Assembly: GCA_963693365.1 (NCBI GenBank)
Contig: CAVNZM010000017.1
Span: forward strand, 3,205,375-3,269,374
Reading direction: 5' to 3'
DNA from: Amoebidium appalachense
Taxonomy: Eukaryota; Protista; Ichthyosporea
DNA: 64,000 nucleotides
The position numbers and the translations under genes were made by a program. Below are positions 18,045 through 30,149 of this stretch, piece by piece. Position 1 is the stretch's first letter. Each line of letters begins with the position of its first letter. The notes beneath the pieces are model-generated. The model saw only the letters and a program-made list of their open reading frames with translations, made no database searches and was not told where the DNA came from.

Positions 18045-19912
18045 TCAGTCAGGCCATTGATCGTAAAAGAGCACGAAGTCGCCTGGCCTGCTGGTAATAT
18101 GGTGATACCGATCACAGTCAGGCCAAAGTTCATCCCATGTGTTGGTTGCTGCTTCATAATACAACCAGTGGTCGTATGGTTCACCAACTACTTGCACATG
18201 GTGATTCCTGATGGCATCCTCGAGGGCTATCTGACACGGCAGTTGCGGGTACCAATCCGCACCATCCAAAACCTCGGCGATAGGAACAGCACTCCACAGG
18301 GCATCCGCGCTGGGAGACGTGTCAGGCTGGCCCGTGGTCTTGTTAATACCGATATAGCTGCCGCGCTGTTGTTCCAAATGGTCGGAGGGGGTTTGTACCC
18401 AAAATAACTCGATGTCTGCCTGCCAGGGGCAGACGCCGTCGGCATCGTTGAGCATGATTTGGTCAAATCCACTCGGGGGGTAGATGACGGCCGCTTGCCG
18501 GGTTTCGGTGTCGTAAGCATACAACCCGTCAACAACGAATGGCAAATCTCTACCTTGCCCCTCCGCTTTGGCTGTTTTGAACTCTTCGCGCTCAACATCT
18601 TCATCAGTTTCCTGATTGTGTCAATGAAGTCTCCCCAATCGAAGGGAAGCACCATGACGTGTCGTTTGTTCATGACGTCCACAAGCATCTGCCACGACAC
18701 GCCCACTTGCAGACGCCGCATGTATGTGGAAATTTCGACGGTTTCGATGTCGGTATCGATCTGGCCCAGGGGAACAAACTCGCCTTCTTCCTGCCCTTCC
18801 TGAATCTCGTAAGCAAACCACCCCGTGCACCGCCCGAATATGTTTTTGCGCTCGGCAGGCCCACCCTCGCTGTAATCCGCCTGGACCCTGCTAACTAAAT
18901 TCGAAAGCTTTTTGTCCCATTCCAGCTTGTGTCTAATGATGTTTGCGTAGTCGTACAGGTGGGCTTGGGTACGGGGTGCAGTTGTAACTGGCGGGTTTGA
19001 GGCAGCTTGTGCCAAAATATTGGCCTTTTGGGTGGCCATATCTAGTATTATATTCGCATGGACATCGTCGTAGCCGTCGTCGTCGTGGTCCCTCCGGTGG
19101 GCATAATGGTCCATCAATCGCAGCAGCAAACACGTGTTAAACGACTCTAACGTATACGCAGAGCTGTCTAACTTGACAACTCCTGCAGACCCTCGCAACC
19201 ACGCAGTGCACGGCGGGTAATGCCGCAGTTTGCCGTCCCCCGTGTACCCCTCACTGGGGTGTGTCTCTACGATCCTTCTAATAGCATCCTCAGGAAGTAA
19301 ACCCCACCAGTTCCAGAACCTACTATCCTGAAAATCACTGTTATTCTCTATCGCGTATTGGACATCCGCCAAAGTGGAGGTTGCAAAAAACATATCGGCA
19401 AAGCTCTCGCTCGTTTTTTGGTCCAGTTCGGACATTTTTGCCGCAATCTCTGCTGCTGTGGCCTGCATCACCGTCCTAGTTGCAAGGCAACAGCGCCCTT
19501 CAGGGTTGTACACGGCCAGCTTGTCATAGCTTCGGAGGTACACCGCTGTGCATGCACGGAAACCTGCTTTCAACTCTTCCTGCAGTTGCAATAGACTCAA
19601 CGAGGTGTCTACCTCAAACACAACAAAAGGGTGCAACGTTTCCACTAGAGTGACATCTTCGGGGGTTGAAACCGTGGCAAGGCCGTTGGTGTTTGCAAGA
19701 GAAAACACTACAACATCTTCCCCTACAGGGCCTAACAACAGCGGTGTCTTCGATGGAACGATCCGAACACGCACTGGCATTGAGGGTGCAAGTCCCATTG
19801 CTGACAGCGAAATAATAATTCTGCCTATACCCTGCATGCCAAATCCTGTTGTGTTTTCGTGCAGCTGAGGTCGGTGTATTTGAAACGATTTGGATATAAT
19901 AACATCAGTCAT
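18045..19912 (-). pseudogene. Large intronless orphan gene, one frameshift at ~18545-18625
   Basis: A 561-aa ORF overlaps a second open frame (NQETDEDVEREEFK...LPFVVDGLYAYD...WPD*). Several CCAAT motifs lie upstream (19918-20003), and there is an imperfect ~66-bp duplication at the 3' end. No family recognised. Confidence 0.55.
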
Positions 19913-20267
19913 CGCGCTGATTGGCTAAACGCGGATGACACATCTTTTAACGGATGATTGGTTGGATAAATCTAGTTACCATCGGCTAGCCGCGCTGATT
20001 GGCCAAATCCAATTGGTGTTGCTTCGGCATAACCCGTGCGCAAGCCCGAAAATTCGGATTTGTTTCTTGGTATTTTTTGAAGTCCGGAATATTTTTGCCT
20101 GGGGTGTATGGTATTTTTCATCCCCAGTTAAAGGGGGCAAAAGGGGGTTCCTATTTTAGATTACAACGAAATTTGCAGGGGTTTACCATAAACTGAAAAT
20201 ATGATGGTATTTTTGAAACGTTTAGGGTATTTTTTACCGTAAAAACGGGGTTATGGTCGGGCCTGCC

Positions 20268-20535
20268 CGTGCGCTTGCACCTGTGTTGCTTGAGAGTAGG
20301 GTCATGAGCGCTATCACCGTGCGCTTGCACCTGTGTTGCTTGAGAGTAGGGTCATGAGCGCTATCACCGTGCGCTTGCACCTGTGTTGTTGGCGAGTAGG
20401 GTCATGAGCGCTATCACCGTGCGCTTGCACCTGTGTTGCTTGAGAGTAGGGTCATGAGCGCTATCACCGTGCGCTTGCACCTGTGTTGTTGGCGAGTAGG
20501 GTCATGATCGCTATCACCATACCCTTGCTCATGAG
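20268..20535 (-). repeat. 50-bp tandem repeat array (right arm), inverted relative to 16590-17052
   Basis: Five copies of gtgcgcttgcacctgtgttg(c/t)t(t/g)g(a/c)gagtagggtcatgagcgctatcacc, the reverse complement of the left-arm unit. Confidence 0.9.
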
Positions 20536-20623
20536 CGCCCCCCCCCCTCCCCCCCCCCCCCCAAACCCTCCTCCCATCTGCCCGCACAACCCCAACCCCA
20601 CATTATATCGTGCACCGGGTAAC

Positions 20624-21016
20624 ATGGACGCTGGCGCACCCCTTCCCCCACCCAGCCCATTCGCACCCCCTCCCCCGATCCGCACAAGCCCGCGCAGCAC
20701 CCCCGGGCCCTCCCCCATCCTACTGGCCATCCTGGCCGGCCTGATCCTCTACGTGCTCTGGGACACGTTCAGCCCACGTGTGCGGCGGCGCCTGGCAGTG
20801 CTCAAGTGCCAGCGTGCGTGCCCAATGTGTGCCAGCTGCGGCAGCTGCGTTCCCCGCCGCAAGTGTGCGCACTGCCCCCGCTGCCACGTGTGCGGTGCCA
20901 GCCCCACTCGGTGCGCACAGTGCCCCGCATGCACGCGCTGCCCGCCCGAGCAGAAGTGCCCGGCGTGCCCCACGTGTGCGCATGCGCCTGCGGTGGTGAT
21001 CAAGGAGCGCACTTGA
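20624..21016 (+). CDS. Membrane protein with CxxC/CPxC-rich tail (giant-virus type)
   Basis: ATG 20624; TM ILLAILAGLILYVLW; repeated CPMC, CAHCPRCHVC, CAQCPAC, CPACPTC. Confidence 0.7.
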   Translation: MDAGAPLPPPSPFAPPPPIRTSPRSTPGPSPILLAILAGLILYVLWDTFSPRVRRRLAVLKCQRACPMCASCGSCVPRRKCAHCPRCHVCGASPTRCAQCPACTRCPPEQKCPACPTCAHAPAVVIKERT

Positions 21017-21052
21017 AGGGTTGGGTGAGCAGAGATTTTTGTGGCATAGAGT

Positions 21053-21313
21053 ATGGCGTACCAATGGGAGTACAAGCTGAAGGAGGAGCCCGGCAAGGCA
21101 CCCGTGGTGCAGGCAACTATTGTGCCGACCGAGGCCACCACCCGGCGGACGCAGATGGAGCAACGAGCATACGCACAAGAGCTTGCGGAAAAGGGCTATA
21201 TAGATCTGCCCGATGAGTTGGCGGAGAAGTGTGGATTCAAGAAGTGGGTGCCGAAGAATCAACGACAGACAGCAATTGTACTGCAGAAGATGATGGAGCC
21301 TGAGGATGCATAG
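21053..21313 (+). CDS. Small hypothetical protein
   Basis: 86-aa ATG ORF directly downstream of the Cys-rich gene, with a protein-like composition. Confidence 0.5.
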   Translation: MAYQWEYKLKEEPGKAPVVQATIVPTEATTRRTQMEQRAYAQELAEKGYIDLPDELAEKCGFKKWVPKNQRQTAIVLQKMMEPEDA

Positions 21314-21345
21314 AGACCTACACACAAAGGATGAATGGACTTACA

Positions 21346-21417
21346 CCACAAACATGGAAAATGTAAATGACGAGAGAATCTCCACAAACATGGAAAATGT
21401 AAATGACGAGAGAATCT
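21346..21417. repeat. 36-bp perfect tandem duplication at the virus-like/host-like transition
   Basis: ccacaaacatggaaaatgtaaatgacgagagaatct at 21346 and 21382. Confidence 0.9.
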
Positions 21418-21504
21418 GTTGGGATGTTTAATTTTGATGAGCTGGAGTCTATCTCCCCCCCCCCTCCCCTTCACCGTTCAATGAAAACTTGGTAGCATGT
21501 GTAT

Positions 21505-21625
<121 letters not shown>

Positions 21626-21894
21626 GTGTGTGTGTGCGTATGTGTGTGTGTGTGTGTGTGTGTGTGACAATGTACGTGCCAGTGTGCTTGTACACAGATT
21701 GAAAAGGAGACTTGGGGTATATTAAATGGAGTCTCTCCCGCTACCACGGGCAAATACATTCAATAATCATTACGGAAACTTGGTACTGTTACCGGGCAAA
21801 TACAATATACATGAAAATTTGGATAAGATTGAAGCAGATCACATTCGAATAAACATTACAGAAAACTTGGTATGAAAACTTTGTACCACGTCTT

Positions 21895-22540
21895 TCCTCC
21901 ACCACACCCATCACAAACCCCTATAGATGTGGATGTGTGCCTACTGCCCACACCACCACAAATACGTTTCCCCCACCGCACCCACCACAAACCCTAAGTA
22001 AGATGTGAATGTGGGGCCTACCCGCCGCCACCACTACAACTACGTTTCCCCCACCGCACCCACCACAAACCCTAAGTAAGATGTGAATGTGGGGCCTACC
22101 CGCCGCCACCACTACAACTACGTTTCCCCCACCGCACCCACCACAAACCCTAAGTAAGATGTGAATGTGGGGCCTACCCGCCGCCACCACTACAACTACG
22201 TTTCCCCACCGCACCCACCACAAACCCTAAGTAAGATGTGAATGTGGGGCCTACCCGCCGCCACCACTACAACTACGTTTCCCCCACCGCACCCACCACA
22301 AACCCTAAGTAAGATGTGAATGTGGGGCCTACCCGCCGCCACCACTACAACTACGTTTCCCCACCGCACCCACCACAAACCCTAAGTAAGATGTGAATGT
22401 GGGGCCTACCCGCCGCCACCACTACAACTACGTTTCCCCCACCGCACCCACCACAAACCCTAAGTAAGATGTGAATGTGGGGCCTACCCGCCGCCACCAC
22501 TACAACTACGTTTCCCCCACCGCACCCACCACAAACCCTA
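21895..22540. repeat. ~78-bp minisatellite (~8 copies)
   Basis: Unit ccccaccgcacccaccacaaaccctaagtaagatgtgaatgtggggcctacccgccgccaccactacaactacgttt. Confidence 0.95.
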
Positions 22541-22864
22541 GGCCACATTCATTTTGGCTTCCTCCTCGAACTCCTTGATGTCAGCCTTGTACTTCTCTCT
22601 CAGCTTTTTCCACTGTGCAGGGGACACCTGTGGGTTGATAGTTGGGTGTAAGTGGTAGTCCAGCCAGGTGATTTGTTTATGCAAGGCTCAGACATCACTG
22701 TATGCCATTACCTCAAACACACCCACGCACCCACCACTACACCACCATGGCACACACCCACAGAAAACGAACTCCTACGTGTGGACCAGGTCAAGAAAAA
22801 CTCTGCAAGGACCCAAAAAACCGTTTTTACGAACCCCTACATGTAATTGTGAATGCTAGGGCAT

Positions 22865-22938
<74 letters not shown>

Positions 22939-25900
22939 GTGTTTGTTTGTTTTTTTTTTTTTTTTTTTTTTTTTTTGGGGGGGGGGGGGGGGGAGGGGGG
23001 TTACCTTGAAAACGTGTTTCCTGTCAGTGTAGCCACACGTGCATGCCGGGGGGGGCTTCTTGCCAGCGACCACAAGCCAGTTGACCGTGGCAAAATTTAC
23101 CGCCTCGGCCAAGCTGCTACCAGTAGCATACCCAAAGTGGTATGCCCCAGGCAATGTGTAGATGACCTCGCCGGCCTGCTGAACCGTGTGCTGCACAGGA
23201 ACACCCTTCTTCATCAAGTAACGGGGGTGGATGAACACAGACTGTCCCACCCACATGTTAGTCATATGAAAAACCGGGTGGTCGTTTTTGTAAGTGCTTT
23301 TTTGTTTTTTGTTCTTCACGTCATTCACGTCAGTGTCTACCACTCCCTCTCTCTCTCTCTTCTTGTAGTCCTCTGTTGTGTGTGTGGTCGTTTTTTTTTT
23401 TTTTTTTTTTTTTTTGGGGGGGGGGGGGGGGGTGGTGAGGGATTACCTTATGCTGTGTGACTTTCTTGCAGATACCGGCCCCCGAAAGGCCAAGCCTCTT
23501 GTAGATATCCTCGAGGATAGACGTGACCTGTCCCTTGTACTCTGCACTGATTATATACCAGCTTTTGTCTCCGGGCCCACGGGTCATGATGTTGACACTT
23601 CCGAGCAGACCGTCTTCTGTGTGGGGCACAAACGGAGACCCCGTCGTGACACTGCAAGGAGGCATGTGATTGGGGTTAAAACAATAATTAGTTCCGACTT
23701 CGATGTGATCCAATACATTCCGAGAAGACCTGACCCATACACATACACCCAGGATGGTTCTGTGAACAAAAGGGGCATTCTGCAAACCTGCCTTTTTTCC
23801 CTTTGTTGTTTGTTGTTGTGTTTTTTTTTTTGGGGGGGGGGGGGGAAGGGGTGGGGGGGCATACTTATAGAGCATCGGTGTTGAGATGCCCTCACAGTTC
23901 TGGAACTCTCTCGATACAATCGAGCCCAGCGTCTCCAAGCTGAACATGTAGTCGATTTCTTCCCTCACTACCTGTAGACACACCACATTGCATCAACACA
24001 ACATACACTCTCCGCACAAACACACGCACACACCCATGCCTACACAACATGCACTCTCTGCTGCACAAACACACGCACACACCCATGCCTACACAACATG
24101 CACCCTCTGCTGCACACACACGAATACACCCATGCCTATACAACATGCACCCTCTGCTGCACACACACGAATACAGCCATGCCTACACAACATGCACCCT
24201 CTGCTGCACACACACGAATACACCCATGCCTACACAACATGCACCCTCTGCTGCACACACACGAATACACCCATGCCTATACAACATGCACCCTCTGCTG
24301 TGCACACACGAATACACCCATGCCTACACAACATGCACCCTCTGCTGCACACACACGAATACACCCATGCCTACAGAATACACCCATGCCTTCACAACAT
24401 GCACCCTCTGCTGCACACACACGAATACACCCATGCCTACAGAATACACCCATGCCTTCACAACATGCACCCTCTGCTGCACACACACGAATACACCCAT
24501 GCCTACAGAATACACCCATGCCTTCACAACATGCACCCTCTGCTGCACACACACGAATACACCCATGCCTACACAACATGCACCCTCTGCTGCACACACA
24601 CGAATACACCCATGCCTACAGAATACACCCATGCCTTCACAACATGCACCCTCTGCTGCACACACACGAATACACCCATGCCTACAGAATACACCCATGC
24701 CTTCACAACATGCACCCTCTGCTGCACACACACGAATACACCCATGCCTACACAACATGCACCCTCTGCTGCACACACACGAATACACCCATGCCTACAG
24801 AATACACCCATGCCTTCACAACATGCACCCTCTGCTGCACACACACGAATACACCCATGCCTACACAACATGCACCCTCTGCTGCACACACACGAATACA
24901 CCCATGCCTTCACAACATGCACCCTCTGCTGCACACACACGAATACACCCATGCCTACACAACATGCACCCTCTGCTGCACACACACGAATACACCCATG
25001 CCTACACAACATGCACCCTGTGCTGCACACACACGAATACACCCATGCCTTCACAACATGCACCCTCTGCTGCACACACACGAATACACCCATGCCTACA
25101 CAACATGCACCCTCTGCTGCACACACACGAATACACCCATGCCTACACAACATGCACCCTCTGCTGCACACACACGAATACACCCATGCCTTCACAACAT
25201 GCACCCTCTGCTGCACACACACGAATACACCCATGCCTTCACAACATGCACCCTCTGCTGCACACACACGAATACACCCATGCCTACACAACATGCACCC
25301 TCTGCTGCACACACACGAATACACCCATGCCTACACAACATGCACCCTCAGCTGCACACACACGAATACACCCATGCCTACACAACATGCACCCTCTGCT
25401 GCACACACACGAATACACCCATGCCTTCACAACATGCACCCTCTGCTGCACACACACGAATACACCCATGCCTTCACAACATGCACCCTCTGCTGCACAC
25501 ACACGAATACACCCATGCCTACACAACATGCACCCTCAGCTGCACACACACGAATACACCCATGCCTACACAACATGCACCCTCTGCACAAACACACGCA
25601 CATACACACACATGACACACACGTACCTCACTGGGTGTATGGGTGTTTTTAAGAGGTGTCAGATCCGTTCCGTAAAAGAACATTTTACTGTAAGTTTCCG
25701 GTAAGCAGTCCAATTGCCCCCAGAACTCCTCCTCATCCAACGGGTCCCCCTGCTCAATCGTGTTAGCTCCTGTTCACGGTAACCATACCCTAATGGTTGC
25801 AAATACGCACCTCTGGAATTTGCTCTTTGATGTCGTCCCTATAAACGAGGAAGACATCCTTGATGGCGGTAGCCTCCAGACAGATCTTGGTGTAGGATTT

Positions 25901-26749
25901 TCTCACTGGTGTGGCCCAAGCAGCCTCTTTCAGCCCCTGCACTACCGGTTCGGGAAGCATGAACTTGACGGCACCAGCTGCCCGAACCTCGTGTCGTTTT
26001 TCCATTACCCTAACTATCGTCTCAAATGAGAGCTTTTCTAACTGCAGTTGGCTGAGATGTTTCACGGGTACCTCGGTGAACCCCACCGACTCCCCTGTCT
26101 CCGCCCCCTGCTGTTGCCCCCTATCCGCCTCCTCCGCTTCTTGCTCTGTGTGTGTGTGTGTGTGTGTGCCATGCGTGTGTGCACGTGTGTGCCGGGTGTG
26201 TGTGCATGTTTGTGCCGGGTGTGCGTGTGCGTGTGTGTCGGGGTGGGGGGTAGGATTAGCCAAGGTGGATGCACGTGTGCAGGTGTGTGCTCTCTCTCTC
26301 TCTCTGTGTATGTGTGTGGTGGTGGTGGTGGTTGGGTGTGTGTGGCGGGGACTAGTCGAGGTGCCCAGGTGCATGCATGCGTGCAGACGTGTAATGGCTT
26401 GTGTGTTGGGGGGGTGGGGGGGGGGGGGGGGGGGGGATAGCCTGGCAGGTGCATGCGTGCGTGCAGACGTATGATCCCTTCCGTGTGTGTGCGGGGAGAG
26501 GGGGGATAGCCCAGGTGCATGCATGCGTGCAGACGTGTGATCCCTTCCGTGTGTGTGCGGGGAGAGGGGGGATAGCCCAGGTGCATGCATGCGTGCAGAC
26601 GTGTGATCCCTTCCGTGTGTGTGCGGGGAGAGGGGGGATAGCCCAGGTGCATGCATGCGTGCAGACGTGTGATCCCTTCCGTGTGTGTGCGGGGAGAGGG
26701 GGGATAGCCCAGGTGCATGCATGCGTGCAGACGTGTAATGGCTTGTGTG

Positions 26750-26785
<36 letters not shown>

Positions 26786-27849
26786 GCGGGGGGATAGCCC
26801 AGGTGCATGCGTGCGTGCAGACGTGTGATCCCTTCCGTGTGTGTGCGGGGAGAGGGGGGATAGCCCAGGTGCATGCATGCGTGCAGACGTGTAATGGCTT
26901 GTGTGTTGGGGGGGGGGGGGGGTTACCCGGCCTGAAATCCCAAGGAGATGTGTTGCGGGTGTGGCGGTAGCCCTCTGCCCCCTCTGCCCCTCCCTCTCCT
27001 CCCCCATCCCCACCCTCTCCCTCTCCCTCCCCCTCCCCCTCTCCCCCCTCCCCACCCCCCACCCTCTCCCTCTCCCTCCCCCTCCCCCTCTCCCCCCTCC
27101 CCACGCCCACCCTCTCCCTCTCCCTCCCCCTCCCCCTCTCCCCCCTCCCCACCCCCACCCTCTCCCTCTCCCTCCCCCTCTCCCTCCCCCTCTCCCCCCC
27201 CCTCCCCACCCCCTCCCTCTCCCCCCTCCACTCTTGCCCGCTTTCTCGGTCGGTCACTCGTCGGTGCAGGTAGCTTGAAAGCGGGGCTGCCTGGGGGGCT
27301 ACGTGCAGCCCCATCCCACCACACTTTCCATCCGTGCTTTTTGAAGATGCGACAAATCTGGAACTCCCCCGGCAAAGTACCCACCACGGCAGGTATGCGA
27401 CTGTAGTCCTTACTGCCAGGATACAGAGAAATGCGACCGAGCTTCACCGCCCAACCCTCACTCGAAAACGGATGATAGCTGTGAAGATCATAAATCTTCC
27501 ATCGAGGACCACCAAATCTGAGAATCCAGGCTACAACTTCCGGGATGCCCATGTCGTTTTCGAATTCGTGTAGGTTGTAGTTCTTCCTGCAACTAGGACG
27601 TCCGTCGTCCAGTTCAATCAAAAAAACATAAACATGTTCTGAACCCGTTGGCATCACCAAATATATGATCGGTGCGAGTTTTTTTTTTTGAGGATGACGA
27701 TAAATACTCTGACGTGTGAGTAGCCTTTTACCGGTAAATATAACTGACGGATCAACGTCGTTCGAAAGACTAAATGTGGGTGGGTCGAGTGGTATGCTGC
27801 TCGGGAATGCACGAGTGATGAGCGCCAGAATATTGCCGTTAACAGCCAT
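22538..27849 (-). CDS. KDM4: KDM4-type JmjN/JmjC histone demethylase-like protein, 7 exons (27849-26927, 26145-25811, 25749-25627, 23971-23865, 23651-23447, 23241-23005, 22627-22538)
   Basis: GT-AG introns in matching phase join JmjN (EVPV...F...GAVK..LP), FWGQL...FYGTD, GISTPMLY, PHTED...SVN...KSWY, C...HK, QQAGE...PGAYHFG...AEAVNFA..W and CTC. Exon 1 needs one indel correction in the G/E-rich repeat. Confidence 0.88.
24030..25590. repeat. ~47-bp minisatellite filling a KDM4 intron
   Basis: Unit cacccatgcctacacaacatgcaccctctgctgcacacacacgaata, about 30 copies. Confidence 0.95.
26365..26925. repeat. ~62-bp minisatellite in KDM4 intron 1
   Basis: Unit gatagcccaggtgcatgcatgcgtgcagacgtgtgatcccttccgtgtgtgtgcggggagagggg. 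Confidence 0.9.
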
Positions 27850-27964
27850 GTTGCTGTGTGTGTTTTTGTGATGTGTGTAATTGTGAGCACCCTCTGCCTG
27901 TAAGACTGTCTGTGAGAGCGCTCTGTCTGGGTGCTTGTGCCACCGTGTTGTAGCGCTCGTGCTT

Positions 27965-28111
<147 letters not shown>

Positions 28112-28411
28112 AATCGTTCCTAGGAAAGCTCGTGCATGCGCGCGCTATGTTTTTTGTGTCCAGTCTAACAATGTTTGTGTTTAGCAGAACTCGTTTGTGT
28201 GTGTGCTCTGTTTTCGTATCCCAAACAATCTACGATTGTGTGCATAAGCCTAAAATGTGCCTCGCACAGGGAAACATGAAGGAAATTCTATGTATCTGTA
28301 TTGGCTAAAAAAGGGGACAACTGATAGCGCGGTGTGCACAGGTTATTATAACAAGTTTCTTTGTTGTTTTCGTTCTGTTTTTGGCAATCTAGCCTATTTG
28401 TAATTACAATG

Positions 28412-28680
28412 GAAACATGTACAACAGCAGCGCCGGGCGAAAGTGACACGAACTGGTGTGGTGCGCTTGATTATGTTTGAAACATGCACAACAGCAGCGC
28501 TGGGCGAAAGTGACACGAACTGATGTGGTGCGCCTGATTACGTTTGAAACATGCACAACAGCAGCGCTGGGCGAAAGTGACACGAATTGGTGTGGCGCGC
28601 TTGGTTATGTTTGAAACATGTACAACAGCAGCGCCGGGCGAAAGTAACACGAACTGGTGTGGTGCGCTTGGTTATATTTG
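28412..28680. repeat. ~67-bp degenerate tandem repeat (4 copies)
   Basis: gaaacatg(t/c)acaacagcagcgc(c/t)gggcgaaagtgacacgaactggtgtggtgcgcttg. Confidence 0.85.
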
Positions 28681-30149
28681 TTCGTTCGGGAATCAAGATG
28701 GACTCTTGTAATTTCTCCGTTGTATATAGAGCGCAAAGAGAGTGTTGAACATATATTCTCATTTCGCAAAGCTTGAAGCAAGCAAGAAAATCACGTTTTT
28801 GATGACTGGCCAATTAATGTTTTGTTCAGTTTGGCCAATGGAATCACTGATTGGCGCGTACGTGATAATAAGCTAATCAGTGAGATCGGCTAATAATAGT
28901 TTGGGTAGCAAGGCCAGCCTGCCCAACCAAGACCCTTTTGCGAGTAACAATTGTGATTTATTCTAATAGGCAATAAATATTAAAAAAGCATAATTTATTT
29001 ATGTTTATTTATACTTTACGCGGACACAGACATTTGCTTGGAATTTTGTTTGGAAAGGGTCCTGTGAATCTGGTCTTCGAAAAGCGTTGCAGCCTTGAGT
29101 CACGGTGTATTGACCAACTAGATTGTACCAATGCCGATAAGCGCTTGCCTAGAGTACCAGTGCCCGATCACGTTTATTATTATTCACCAATCACCGATTG
29201 GTTTTGTTGGCTGGCGCATTTACGTGATGACTGGCCAATGAAATTACTTAGTGACTGATAGCAGCACCGACCCTGGAGCGTTTTGACTGAGCAAGGAATA
29301 AGGGAAATCCTAAAAGAGGGTTGTATGTTTTATGACATATAAGGTTCTATAAATAAACAACCATGCGCTTGGGATTTTGGTTGGAAAGTGTTTTGTATTT
29401 GCCCAATTTGAATCCGATGCTTCGATTTCGGTCAATCAGAATACCCTGAGCATCAGCGCCGCGAATCACGTGGGGCAAGAACCAACCCCTATGCACCAAT
29501 CAAACGCTTGCACGTAAAAAGGTCCGCGAATAAGATGTTGTGAAAGCGTATATCCTTCGATGTTTTAAACTAGCGCTCGTTTTGTCCTGTATATTATATT
29601 TTTATTTCGTATATTCACCTTTTTTATACAGTTTACCTGTGAACCAAACACGATTAGAGATATATTCGCTAACAGCGCCAAAAGGTTCTGTTTTTCTTAT
29701 GCTTGATTCTCGTAACATAAGATCGTATTTTGCGCAATGGCTTCACATAAATTATTGATGACGGTTTTTTATATCAGTTCACAGCGCTGTCATTTTCTAC
29801 TTTTCTGATTCTTTTGTTCATGGCTGTGTTTGCACACGACGGTGTTTGCCTAGAGAAACGTAACACTCTCTTTTTTTTTTTCTTTTTCTCTTGTTCACGA
29901 CTGGGTTTGCACAGGACTGTGTTTGCGCAGAGAAACGTAACACTCTTTTTTTTACTTTTTCCTTTGTTCACAACAGAGAATCGTATTCGTAGCACTTTCT
30001 TTTTTTTTTCCTTTTTCCCTTGTTTTTTTTTTTTCCTTTTTCCCTTGTTCACGACTGGGTTTGCACACGACTGTGTTTGCGCAGAGAAACGTAAGACTTC
30101 CTTTCTTTTTTTCCCTTTGTTTATCCTTTTTTTTGTGAAAACTGTCACG

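Larger units (their letters stand above)
783..21417. mobile_element. Endogenous DNA-virus segment (giant virus / Polinton-like virus derived), partly decayed
   Basis: Dense intronless ORFs and high GC/CpG contrast with the microsatellite-rich spliced host DNA. Gene content is penton-like, SF3 helicase, Bro/KilA-like, T5orf172, amino-MTase, PD-(D/E)XK nucleases and a CPxC-rich membrane protein. No major capsid, polymerase or integrase was recognised in the window. Boundaries are approximate. Confidence 0.8.

Noticed and set aside
16506-20265. CAGGC...GCCTG as transposon terminal inverted repeats
   Set aside because: Only 5 bp match and I found no target-site duplication.
21895-22540. Possible CRISPR array
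   Set aside because: The units repeat in full with no variable spacers, and the context is eukaryotic.
23988-25704. 500+ aa His/Thr/Cys-rich ORFs
   Set aside because: They come from a 47-bp tandem repeat inside a KDM4 intron and are open in all three plus-strand frames.
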